Virus record (IMG/VR): IMGVR_UViG_3300045988_173816
Span: 96,001-160,000 of that record
DNA: 64,000 nt
Source: a virus
Strand: one strand, 5' to 3'
A program made the position numbers and the translations under genes. Below are positions 1-8,106 of this stretch, piece after piece. The notes below the pieces were generated by a model. That model did no database searches. It was not told where the DNA came from and saw only the letters and a program-made list of their open reading frames with translations. How positions within the stretch are numbered: position 1 is the first letter of the stretch; the number at the start of each line of letters is the position of its first letter.

Positions 1-935
1 GTGAGTGGTCTACGCGAGAGCAGGAACTTTCAACCTACATTGAGAATTTACGCTCTTACCTAGGTTTAAAAGCTCGCAAAGTGGAACAAACCAAGAAAAC
101 TGATACAGGTACTGAAACTGTTGAGGTAGAAAACCCCAACACCTTTGATAAGCTAGACAATCCAACGTATGATAGTGCGGTATCCTCATGGCTTGAGCTG
201 AAAAAAGTTGAGCCTAGTCCTTATACTTATGCCAACGGTGAAAAGAACCTCGATAAAGTTGTTTCCTATGGGTGGGTTGGCTCAACATACATTGCAAGTA
301 AAGAAAGCGATGCGAAGAGTACAAATGTTCACATTGGTTCAGGAAAATATGAGGATCCAGTCACTTTAGGCACCCCATTTGTTACAAAAATGCAAGATAC
401 ATCAGGTAATTATCAAGATGTTCGAGTGACTGTTACTAAGGTGTTAGTGGGTGATGAAGCCATTAAAGATGTTCAAACCTTTAACGATAAGAACAAAGGC
501 TTTACCAATGTTTCGGACTTGGTTTTAGGTACTGTTCACTTCCAAGTAGAGAACTTGTCTGATAAGGAAATTGAGGTTGACTCTGAGTTTACGTTAGCTG
601 ATCCAGAGCAGAATCTCATTAACCGAACCGGTAATATGTACGGTCTCCCAGAGCGTTCGAAGATTGCAGCACGTGGAACTGCAGAGATGGTCGATTGGTT
701 CAATACTAAGGAAACTAAGACTTTGAATTTAATGTGGGGCAAATCGTTTAACCACAAGCACGAAGCAGTCTATATCAATGCTTTAGGTGATGAGATTTAC
801 GACCAGTATGGACGCAAAATGGAGCGCAATACGAAGAAACTCGTAGAGAACAAAGCCCAAGCAGACCAAAAAGCGTTAGAGCGTTTGGCGAAAGAAGAGC
901 TTGAAGCTCGTAAGAAAGCTGAGTTGGAGGACTAG
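1..935 (+). CDS. hypothetical protein, probably 5'-truncated by the window edge; K/E-rich coiled-coil C-terminus
   Basis: The frame of ORF 81..935 stays open back to nt 3, so GTG-81 need not be the start. No family recognised. Confidence 0.6.
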   Translation, partial: EWSTREQELSTYIENLRSYLGLKARKVEQTKKTDTGTETVEVENPNTFDKLDNPTYDSAVSSWLELKKVEPSPYTYANGEKNLDKVVSYGWVGSTYIASKESDAKSTNVHIGSGKYEDPVTLGTPFVTKMQDTSGNYQDVRVTVTKVLVGDEAIKDVQTFNDKNKGFTNVSDLVLGTVHFQVENLSDKEIEVDSEFTLADPEQNLINRTGNMYGLPERSKIAARGTAEMVDWFNTKETKTLNLMWGKSFNHKHEAVYINALGDEIYDQYGRKMERNTKKLVENKAQADQKALERLAKEELEARKKAELED

Positions 936-938
936 ATT

Positions 939-1367
939 ATGTTTAAACGTAAACAGAAAACCTCTAAACCCAATTCTCTTTCGGTATCCGATACTCAGTA
1001 CGTCAAACAACCAAAAGAACCGTTTTTAAAGCGTTTGGTGTCTTATTTCAAGACTCACAGAAAGACTCGGTTGTTTGTCTTTGGTCTAATTGGTTTAGCT
1101 ATATCCTTGGCTTTACTTTTCGCTTTGTATAAAGTTATCTTGGTAGTGTTAGGAACCATTATGCAGTTTTGGTTCCGATACACTAGTAATGAAATCCTCT
1201 TGTGGGTTTTAACTTTAGTCTGCTTTGCACTCATTTGTGGTTTTTGTTACTTCTTGTGGGTGCGAAGGTCTGAGTACCTTAAAAGAGAAGAGCAAGAAGA
1301 AAAATTAGCAGTGAGCGAAGTCGAAGTAGATGAAGATTGGTTCCAGTCTGATAGTGGTTGGAACTAG
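939..1367 (+). CDS. membrane protein (two TM helices, acidic tail)
   Basis: ATG lies 4 nt after the upstream stop. Hydrophobic stretches LFVFGLIGLAISLALLFALYKVILVVLG and ILLWVLTLVCFALICGFCYFLW. Confidence 0.7.
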   Translation: MFKRKQKTSKPNSLSVSDTQYVKQPKEPFLKRLVSYFKTHRKTRLFVFGLIGLAISLALLFALYKVILVVLGTIMQFWFRYTSNEILLWVLTLVCFALICGFCYFLWVRRSEYLKREEQEEKLAVSEVEVDEDWFQSDSGWN

Positions 1368-1395
1368 GTAGTTTGGAAAGGTGGGTATCTTTCGT

Positions 1396-1509
1396 ATGAT
1401 TCGATTTTTCAAACGTTGGTGGTCGTCCTTGCAAGACCACACTAAAGGGGCTTTGATTTGCTCTGTTGTTGTTTTCGTCCTTTGGTTTTTCTTTAGAAAG
1501 TCTTTTTAA
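1396..1509 (+). CDS. possible 37-aa single-TM mini-protein
   Basis: AAGGTGG SD lies about 11 nt upstream of the ATG. Product MIRFFKRWW...ALICSVVVFVLWFFFRKSF. Too short for the ORF track. Confidence 0.3.
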   Translation: MIRFFKRWWSSLQDHTKGALICSVVVFVLWFFFRKSF

Positions 1510-1518
1510 ATATTAGTG

Positions 1519-1542
1519 GAACGCACTTCGGTGCGTTTTTCG
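1519..1542 (+). terminator. intrinsic terminator
   Basis: Hairpin GAACGCAC-TTCG-GTGCGTT followed by a T-run. Confidence 0.75.
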
Positions 1543-1543
1543 T

Positions 1544-1572
1544 TTGACTTTTTCACTAATTTGTGATAAAAT
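1544..1572 (+). promoter_or_regulatory. sigma-A type promoter
   Basis: TTGACT, 17 bp spacer, TGaTAAAAT (extended -10). Confidence 0.6.
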
Positions 1573-1606
1573 AAAATTATAAAAATTAGAACAAAGGAGA
1601 TATTTT

Positions 1607-2116
1607 ATGTCTGATAACTCACACAAATCAACTTCTTCACAAAATAACGGTAATATACCTAATGGAACTTTTAACATTTTTACACGCAAGCAAGGTCAGT
1701 CTTTGATTAGAGACAACATGGTTTTTGCTCATAACTTGTTACATAGTAAAGACACTATTCCCGGTATCCTCACAGTTGCGACTACACAAGCTAGATTAAC
1801 TGGAGAACTTTCTGGTGAGGGTGTGCTAAATTGCGTACAAGACCAATACTACAGTTTGTTTGTTTCTGCTATTGGTGTTCTTCTTTCTGCAATGGATGAA
1901 GAAGGTGCATTGGCAAGTATTGGAGTAAACAAAGAAGATTTTGGGTTCGCAACTTTAGGTTTCTTATTAGGTTTGATTGAAGAAGCTTTAGGTTTTGAAG
2001 AAGGTACTGAAGAAGAAATTGATAGGTTAGCAGAGAAAGACCCAAATATTTTAAACTTCTTGGATAGACATTACGCTTCAATGTCTCGCCTTGGTTTGCT
2101 TGATGAAGAAGACTAA
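1607..2116 (+). CDS. acidic hypothetical protein, paralog of 2351..2785
   Basis: AAGGAG SD. C-terminus EEEIDRLAEKDPNILNFLDRHYASMSRLGLLDEED aligns with the 2351 ORF. Monocistronic, between its own promoter and the next one. Confidence 0.8.
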   Translation: MSDNSHKSTSSQNNGNIPNGTFNIFTRKQGQSLIRDNMVFAHNLLHSKDTIPGILTVATTQARLTGELSGEGVLNCVQDQYYSLFVSAIGVLLSAMDEEGALASIGVNKEDFGFATLGFLLGLIEEALGFEEGTEEEIDRLAEKDPNILNFLDRHYASMSRLGLLDEED

Positions 2117-2287
2117 ACCTAACAAGGTATCTTCTTGATAAATCAACGCTTTTGTGCTATACTAGATAAGAAGTAAGTGAAAAACTTCAACTCGGTCAAA
2201 GATGCTTGGTGGTGCTTGCTAGACCGAAAAAGAAAACGAACTCACAATTAAACGGTGCAAGAGAAGTCACGAAAGTGGCTTTTCTTG

Positions 2288-2316
2288 TTGACTTAACCAC
2301 TTATTTGTGGTATAAT
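2288..2316 (+). promoter_or_regulatory. sigma-A type promoter
   Basis: TTGACT, 17 bp spacer, TGgTATAAT. Confidence 0.7.
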
Positions 2317-2350
2317 TGAATAAACTTAAAAATTAAGGAGTTAGACATTT

Positions 2351-2785
2351 ATGACTAAAAAGAATGCAGCGTTTGATTTGCAAGAACACAAACGATTTTG
2401 GGATGATCGAGGTGAAGAAACTTTAGAACCTATGTCTTTCGTATCACTTGCAACGTTTGAGCAAGAAGATAAGGTAGGATTTAGTTCAATTCGTGAGTCT
2501 CACGTTCGTAGCGATTCAGTTTATGTGACACTTGATACTATGGTAACTGCTATTACTCGTATCCTTGGTGCAAAAGAAACTTTTGAAAAACTTGGTTTAA
2601 ACGCTGACGACCTCGTTAAGAACACAGTTATGACTTACATCGGTCAAATTGTTGACAAGTTGCCTAAAGATGAGGAAAGCATGCTTGCTTTGATTGAAGA
2701 AAATGAAGATGTTCGCAACTTGCTCGACCTACATTTTGCGAGTGCTGAGCGTTTGCTGGGTGGAAAAGACGAAGAAGAGGTGTAA
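2351..2785 (+). CDS. acidic hypothetical protein, paralog of 1607..2116
   Basis: AAGGAG SD. C-terminus EESMLALIEENEDVRNLLDLHFASAERLLGGKDEEEV. About 22% D+E. Confidence 0.8.
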   Translation: MTKKNAAFDLQEHKRFWDDRGEETLEPMSFVSLATFEQEDKVGFSSIRESHVRSDSVYVTLDTMVTAITRILGAKETFEKLGLNADDLVKNTVMTYIGQIVDKLPKDEESMLALIEENEDVRNLLDLHFASAERLLGGKDEEEV

Positions 2786-2789
2786 GTGT

Positions 2790-2951
2790 ATGGACAACAC
2801 AGATTCAAACATTTTGGAAACTCAACTCTTACTTGGCAAACAAGTCTTAGAAATTCTCTTGGACTTGACAAGTGATAACAACAAAGAAGGTGCAGTCTTA
2901 CCTTTAGACTTGAATGGTAGAAAATTCACTATTACAGTTGAGAAAGACTGA
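2790..2951 (+). CDS. 53-aa hypothetical protein
   Basis: AGAGGTG SD lies 7 nt before ATG-2790. The track ORF 2694..2951 overlaps the previous gene in its 5' part, so it was trimmed. Confidence 0.5.
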   Translation: MDNTDSNILETQLLLGKQVLEILLDLTSDNNKEGAVLPLDLNGRKFTITVEKD

Positions 2952-2994
2952 CTTCCCCATGTACTTGTAATAGCTTGTACGCCCCATAATTCAG

Positions 2995-3035
2995 AAAGAA
3001 AGCACTCTAGGGTCTAATGTGCTTTCTTTTTATTT
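2995..3035 (+). terminator. intrinsic terminator
   Basis: 11-bp stem AAAGAAAGCAC/GTGCTTTCTTT, then a T-rich tail. Confidence 0.75.
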
Positions 3036-3092
3036 TAACTTGTAGTGGTATCCAAAGTTCGCAAACTTTTAGTAAAAAGTCGAAGTTTCTAC

Positions 3093-3121
3093 TTGCAAAA
3101 TTCTAGTTTATTTGATATACT
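3093..3121 (+). promoter_or_regulatory. sigma-A type promoter
   Basis: TTGCAA, 17 bp spacer, TGaTATACT. Confidence 0.6.
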
Positions 3122-3153
3122 ATATTTAACAATAATTAAGGAGAGATATAACA

Positions 3154-3627
3154 ATGGTTGCTCACTATGTAAATGAATTACCAGAGGACTTGCAAGTATT
3201 ATTAGCAATGCGCTCTACATTTCAGGTTTGGTTTGATAACTTTAGGTACTTACAAGAGGTAAGTGTGGAAAATTTTCATGTTGATGGGGTTGATTGGGGT
3301 TGTACTTCTAATACATTTAGTATTACAGTGTTGAGACCTTCTGGACATCCTTTTGTGTCTTTGCATTTCACAGTTGCAGATAACGGCTTAGAATTAACTC
3401 TTGTAGCTCAAAGTTATACCCATGGTAAATTAGTAGACACTAAGATGCTTAAAGGCGTGGCTTTTACGGTGGAAGACTTCAAGGTTCTTCTAAGTGCTAT
3501 ACCTCAAACAGCATATATTTCCATTTTACGTTCTTTACCATTCTTCTTTGCATTGATTGGTTTAGAGTCACAATTCCAAGGGTATCAACATCGTTTTGCA
3601 GCATTAAATGGTTGGATTGAGGGGTAA
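3154..3627 (+). CDS. array-1 small protein (paralog family, function unknown)
   Basis: AAGGAG SD. N-terminal helix with a conserved W/F (LQVLLAMRSTFQVWFDNF), then a beta-like segment SITVLRPSGHPFVSLHFT, as in its neighbours. Confidence 0.85.
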   Translation: MVAHYVNELPEDLQVLLAMRSTFQVWFDNFRYLQEVSVENFHVDGVDWGCTSNTFSITVLRPSGHPFVSLHFTVADNGLELTLVAQSYTHGKLVDTKMLKGVAFTVEDFKVLLSAIPQTAYISILRSLPFFFALIGLESQFQGYQHRFAALNGWIEG

Positions 3628-3633
3628 ATATAA

Positions 3634-4170
3634 ATGGTTCAATCAGATGTAGAAGTATTTAAATTACATAATTTATTTCAAAGAGTTTTGTATAAGTGGT
3701 TGGGGTGTTCTCGATATTTAGATTTTAATATTGAAAAAGAGATTCCTCACTTAACTATATTTGTTAATGGTAACTCATTAGCGGTAGTTTCTTCTCATGA
3801 GAATGGGTTTCCAAGGTGTAGTATATCTTTAAGGAAATTAGTTTCTTGTCCACTTGATTATTGGGAACAAGGGGTTGCTGACTTTACGTTATATTCGAGA
3901 GTTTGTTTTTATGGTAGAGGGGAGCTTCAACATGACTTTAAACGTACTGATATAGGTACTTTAAGTATTGACTGGTATCTTTACATTTCGGATATTTTAG
4001 CACCTTTAAATGAGTCTCAACGATTTGCTTTAGAGTTTACTCTGAAAGAAGTTCTGAAAGAACTAGAAAAAGAACTTGAATATAAACAAAAACAGTATTA
4101 TTCATTAAATACGGATTTTGAGCAATATAAAGGCTTAGAGTTTCAAGAGGGTTTTAAACGTTTAGATTAA
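3634..4170 (+). CDS. array-1 small protein
   Basis: Starts 7 nt after the upstream stop. LHNLFQRVLYKWLG ... LAVVSSHENGFPRCSISL. Confidence 0.85.
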   Translation: MVQSDVEVFKLHNLFQRVLYKWLGCSRYLDFNIEKEIPHLTIFVNGNSLAVVSSHENGFPRCSISLRKLVSCPLDYWEQGVADFTLYSRVCFYGRGELQHDFKRTDIGTLSIDWYLYISDILAPLNESQRFALEFTLKEVLKELEKELEYKQKQYYSLNTDFEQYKGLEFQEGFKRLD

Positions 4171-4197
4171 GATATACTTAAAATTAAAGGACATAAT

Positions 4198-4692
4198 ATG
4201 ACTAGAAATATCGAATTAACAGACTTGTACCAACGACTTAAGTTAGTTGTAAATACTTGGGTTGATTTAATCCCTTTTCAAAACTTTGAATTTAGCTCAG
4301 AGAGTTCGACTTTTGCTTATACTGTAAACTCTAAAGAATTTACTTTAGTAACTTATCGAACTACAGGTTTACCTAGTACAACTCTAGCTATTACAAAGCA
4401 GCCTAAAATAGTCAATGGGGTATCCGCAGGTTTGCTCTTTTCCGCTACATTTTGCTCTTATCGTAATGGTAAAGTAGAGTTTGAGTTTAAAGATTCATCA
4501 CTTGATGTGATTGGTTCTGACTGGTACGAGTTTACTCGACAATTTTATTACCCTATAAGCAATTCACAACGATTAAGTCTTTATGAGTCTTTATTTGATT
4601 TGCAATTGATTTTACAGTATGAACTAAACCGTTTGAACGAAGAGTTCGATCAGTTAATATTCCTTAAGGATTTTAATGGAGGTTTTAAATGA
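4198..4692 (+). CDS. array-1 small protein
   Basis: AAAGGA SD. LYQRLKLVVNTWVDL ... FTLVTYRTTGLPSTTLAIT. Confidence 0.85.
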   Translation: MTRNIELTDLYQRLKLVVNTWVDLIPFQNFEFSSESSTFAYTVNSKEFTLVTYRTTGLPSTTLAITKQPKIVNGVSAGLLFSATFCSYRNGKVEFEFKDSSLDVIGSDWYEFTRQFYYPISNSQRLSLYESLFDLQLILQYELNRLNEEFDQLIFLKDFNGGFK

Positions 4693-5591
4693 TAAACTTA
4701 AAACAATACACAAAAGAACAACGTTTTGCCTTAGTAGCAACTGCTTTGGTTGATACTTGGGAGAAACTTCGACGAGAATTAAACGGACCTGCTACGACTG
4801 AATTTAACGCTGATACCATGATTTTGAACATCGATAATCAAGGTTGCTTTGTAAATGTACTGAGACAGAACTATTTAACTTGGTACACCTTTAGTTTCAC
4901 GTTCAATAAAGATAACAAATTGGCTTTTGCAGTGACTCCGTATGTTAGAAATAACCCTCAATTTAATGAGGTTACACGCGGTATCTTCACGGCTCATAGC
5001 GATTTTGAAAAGTTAGCTTCAGATTTACCTTCTGACTACTTAGCTCCATTTGTAAATAATTTGCTACTTATTTTTAGTGAAGATAACACATGGTCTAAAA
5101 CCTTTAATTATTTCTTATCTAATTCTACTCAGTTTGTTCCTACTACAAAGCAGTTAGCAAAGCGAAAACCAGCTGATAAAGTAAATGTTAGAAAAGAGCT
5201 AAGAACAACTTTTCTCCGCATTTCAGACTTTTATAAGACCTTTTTGCTACATTCTATGTTGGATGAGAAAAGTTACGCAGAAGCAACCTCAACCTCCTTA
5301 TTGACTATCAACAAAGCAGGTCTTTCTTATTCTGTCTTAATTGATAATAAAGCTTACTTTACATTTATGCTTGTACCCACAGATGAGCGAGACTATTATC
5401 TTTATAAACTCTCAAATCAAAATGGAAATTTAGATTCGTTTACTGAAGTTGGGTTGTTTTATGAAGATGCTGATCGTCTTTCAGGCTTAATTTCACGTGA
5501 ATATATGTTAGGGTTCGTTACTGAATTTGAGTCTTTGATAACTAAAGTAGGTCTTTGGTCTGCTTACACAAGTCTTGGTTATGTAAAGTAA
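4689..5591 (+). CDS. array-1 double-length member (two tandem family modules)
   Basis: ATGA overlap with the upstream gene. Module 1 is QRFALVATALVDTWEKL...FVNVLRQNYLTWYTFSFTF. Module 2 is LRTTFLRISDFYKTFLL...SYSVLIDNKAYFTFMLVP. Confidence 0.85.
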   Translation: MINLKQYTKEQRFALVATALVDTWEKLRRELNGPATTEFNADTMILNIDNQGCFVNVLRQNYLTWYTFSFTFNKDNKLAFAVTPYVRNNPQFNEVTRGIFTAHSDFEKLASDLPSDYLAPFVNNLLLIFSEDNTWSKTFNYFLSNSTQFVPTTKQLAKRKPADKVNVRKELRTTFLRISDFYKTFLLHSMLDEKSYAEATSTSLLTINKAGLSYSVLIDNKAYFTFMLVPTDERDYYLYKLSNQNGNLDSFTEVGLFYEDADRLSGLISREYMLGFVTEFESLITKVGLWSAYTSLGYVK

Positions 5592-5601
5592 AGGAGAAAG
5601 C

Positions 5602-6063
5602 ATGTTTCAAACACTAGACAACAGAACACAACTAGCGATTACCATTATGGCAACTGAAAAGGTCTACTCTAATTGGGTGGAAAACTATACGGTGTCTCGA
5701 CCTTTCAAGAGAGATGTTAACGATAAATTTAACCTTTATATTCGCCCAGATGAGTTGACTTTCCATTTATGGAGGAAAGGTAGCGACTGTGCCTTTGCAA
5801 GCATTCTCATGCAACACCAACCTCAGGGTTATTGCTATATTTCTGTAGAGAATTACTTTAGGGGTATCGCTCGTGACACGCTCGACTTGAACAATCCCCA
5901 TGCTACTTTTGATGATTATTTGAGATTAGCAAACAACTTCCCAGAGCAAGCTGTGGAATTAGTGGTTCAAGGATTGTTTAAAGGGTTTGAAACGGTCGGT
6001 TTGCTATCAGAGTTCTCGTACTATGTTGGTGTTGCAACTAATTTGTTGGATTTGAGAGATTGA
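5602..6063 (+). CDS. array-1 small protein
   Basis: AAGGAG SD. TQLAITIMATEKVYSNWVENY ... LTFHLWRKGSDCAFASILM. Confidence 0.85.
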   Translation: MFQTLDNRTQLAITIMATEKVYSNWVENYTVSRPFKRDVNDKFNLYIRPDELTFHLWRKGSDCAFASILMQHQPQGYCYISVENYFRGIARDTLDLNNPHATFDDYLRLANNFPEQAVELVVQGLFKGFETVGLLSEFSYYVGVATNLLDLRD

Positions 6064-6073
6064 GGTGAATACT

Positions 6074-6550
6074 ATGGACGTAACAACAAAACCTTACTAC
6101 AAGTATAAAAAGGACGCGTTTAAGAAACTCTCTGAGACTATTCTTGATATGCTTAAGAGAGTTGAGTCTTTGAAGAATGTTGTTGATTTACAATTTGCAA
6201 CTTATGATGAACTGGAACTCTTTATTGGTTTTTCGGATTCAAAACTTGGTTCGATTGATATTTATTATCTAAACCGAGTCTCATTAGGCACTATTATCCT
6301 ACCTATTTTTGATTATGACCCAATTCGTTTTTATGTGGACCCAGATTTTAGTGATGCTGACTTTTGGATTACTTTGGAAAACAAAGAAGCTAGAGTTGTT
6401 CGAGAAGAGTCACTTGCTTTGTTCAAGTCTTCTCAAAGTTCTTCTGAAATTCGTTCAGATGGTCATGTGATGGCAAATGCTCATACCCTGACAGTTACTT
6501 ACATTGGGTTGGAAGATTCCTCGGTAGACAGTGTTATTTATCGAAGTTAA
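6074..6550 (+). CDS. small hypothetical protein (array-1 neighbourhood)
   Basis: GAGGTG SD overlaps the upstream TGA. ATG-6074 is preferred over the track's GTG-6065. Confidence 0.75.
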   Translation: MDVTTKPYYKYKKDAFKKLSETILDMLKRVESLKNVVDLQFATYDELELFIGFSDSKLGSIDIYYLNRVSLGTIILPIFDYDPIRFYVDPDFSDADFWITLENKEARVVREESLALFKSSQSSSEIRSDGHVMANAHTLTVTYIGLEDSSVDSVIYRS

Positions 6551-6593
6551 CCCTCTCGGCATCTATTAAGGATTTGACCTTTTTGACAATCAA

Positions 6594-6611
6594 AAGGAGC
6601 GATAGCTCCTT
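6594..6611 (+). terminator. weak terminator-like hairpin
   Basis: AAGGAGC-GATA-GCTCCTT. The tail is pyrimidine-rich rather than a clean T-run. Confidence 0.35.
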
Positions 6612-6662
6612 CTCTTGTTCTCTTGGTATCCTAAACGGAGCTTGCTTTTCCTTAGTTTTAAA

Positions 6663-6691
6663 TTGACAAAAACATTTTATTTTGGTATAAT
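6663..6691 (+). promoter_or_regulatory. sigma-A type promoter
   Basis: TTGACA, 17 bp spacer, TGgTATAAT. Confidence 0.75.
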
Positions 6692-6727
6692 AGACTTATT
6701 AAAATAGAAAAAGGAGTTATAAATAAA

Positions 6728-7639
6728 ATGATAGAAAATTGGACAAGATTAACTTATGATTCAAAGTTGAAGTTTATTTTCTCTGCTTTAGTTAAATCTT
6801 GGAAAGAGCTTGGCTCTGTTGAGTCCGAAGAGTTCAAATTAAAGAATGGAACAATACTTGTAAATTCGAAGGGTGTGTATTTGGTGTTGTTACGAGATAC
6901 AGGGTCAATCTTTTTCACACTAACTCTCACTCACTCAGAGAATGAATGTGTACAAGTTACTTTAACACCACATCGGTATCGTCACCCAGATTTTAAAAAT
7001 TCTGTGGTATTAGATTTAGTTGAACTTACTGATTACGAAAAATTTGTTTCTCTTTTGGATAAGAAACAAGTAGACGCTTTAATTATGAATTGTGGTACCG
7101 ATTTGTTCAAGGAAATTCAATATTGGAACAACGTTTATACCACTCATCTTTCTAATGCTGTTTCTGATTACTTAGATGAAATTCAAATAAGTCAGAGACA
7201 GAATAGAAATATTGAAGATGTTGAGTTGGAACTTAGTTTTGCTTTTTCTCGCTTGACTCGTCTGTATGTAGACTGGTTATGGGGTTCTAAGGAGGGTAAA
7301 CTCGATGGTGAGAGCAAAGTAGCTGATACGGAGTTCTCAAGTTTGCTTATCTCTAATGAGCGTTTGGTTTTCCAAACTAAGTTTAATGAAGTAAGTAGTT
7401 ATACCTTTGAATTGCGCCCTCAAGGTGTAGGGTATGGTCATTTGGGTTATTTCTCTCTTGCAGATGACAAGAAATATTTGACTACCTTTGGAGTTTACTT
7501 AGGTGACTTTAAAGAAGGTTCCGTTTTAGTTTCTTCTATATCCAAAGAACATCAACTTTTGTTCTTGCAAGAATTGGAGCTTTGCATTGTATCTCTTGGT
7601 TTGTGGGGTGAATATTATCGCCCTAGTCAAGCTCTTTAA
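6728..7639 (+). CDS. array-1 double-length member
   Basis: AAGGAG SD. Module 1 is LKFIFSALVKSWKEL...VYLVLLRDTGSIFFTLTLT. Module 2 is LSFAFSRLTRLYVDWLWG...LVFQTKFNEVSSYTFELRP. Confidence 0.85.
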   Translation: MIENWTRLTYDSKLKFIFSALVKSWKELGSVESEEFKLKNGTILVNSKGVYLVLLRDTGSIFFTLTLTHSENECVQVTLTPHRYRHPDFKNSVVLDLVELTDYEKFVSLLDKKQVDALIMNCGTDLFKEIQYWNNVYTTHLSNAVSDYLDEIQISQRQNRNIEDVELELSFAFSRLTRLYVDWLWGSKEGKLDGESKVADTEFSSLLISNERLVFQTKFNEVSSYTFELRPQGVGYGHLGYFSLADDKKYLTTFGVYLGDFKEGSVLVSSISKEHQLLFLQELELCIVSLGLWGEYYRPSQAL

Positions 7640-7982
7640 AAGTGAGGTTTACAGAATATCTCCTTACCAGTTCTTTCCAAACATAAGTTTGAGTGAACTT
7701 TCTGAACTCTCGGTATCTTTGCTTTCCAACCAAGAACGGAATAATGTTTTCAGCATTTTAGACTTTGAAGTTCGAGTAAGAAGTCAAATCTCTATGTTTA
7801 GATTTTTCTTCAACTACCACGAAATTAAATCTGAGAAACGCTTTTGGTTTGGGAAAAAGGAGAAGGTTGTGGATAGGTTTCTAACTATTTCTTACGATTA
7901 CGCAACTTTAAAATCAGGTGTCACATCAGATTTAGTTGAATATATTTTTCAGAAAGCTTTATTAAAAGATAACAAAGTTTAA
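7587..7982 (+). CDS. hypothetical protein (start uncertain)
   Basis: TTG start overlaps the previous gene by 53 nt. GGAG lies about 10 nt upstream. No better in-frame start downstream. Confidence 0.4.
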   Translation: MYLLVCGVNIIALVKLFKSEVYRISPYQFFPNISLSELSELSVSLLSNQERNNVFSILDFEVRVRSQISMFRFFFNYHEIKSEKRFWFGKKEKVVDRFLTISYDYATLKSGVTSDLVEYIFQKALLKDNKV

Positions 7983-8012
7983 ACTATGGTCTATAGACCA
8001 TAGTTTTATTTT
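7982..8012 (+). terminator. intrinsic terminator
   Basis: Perfect palindrome ACTATGGTCTA/TAGACCATAGT followed by TTTATTTTT. Confidence 0.8.
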
Positions 8013-8030
8013 TCAAGTACAGTAGTTGAC

Positions 8031-8059
8031 TTGCAAAATTGCTCATTTTGTGTTATAAT
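8031..8059 (+). promoter_or_regulatory. sigma-A type promoter
   Basis: TTGCAA, 17 bp spacer, TGtTATAAT. Confidence 0.65.
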
Positions 8060-8106
8060 AAGTTCTATTGAACGCAGAAAGAAAGGTAGTTTAGATAGAT
8101 TAGATT

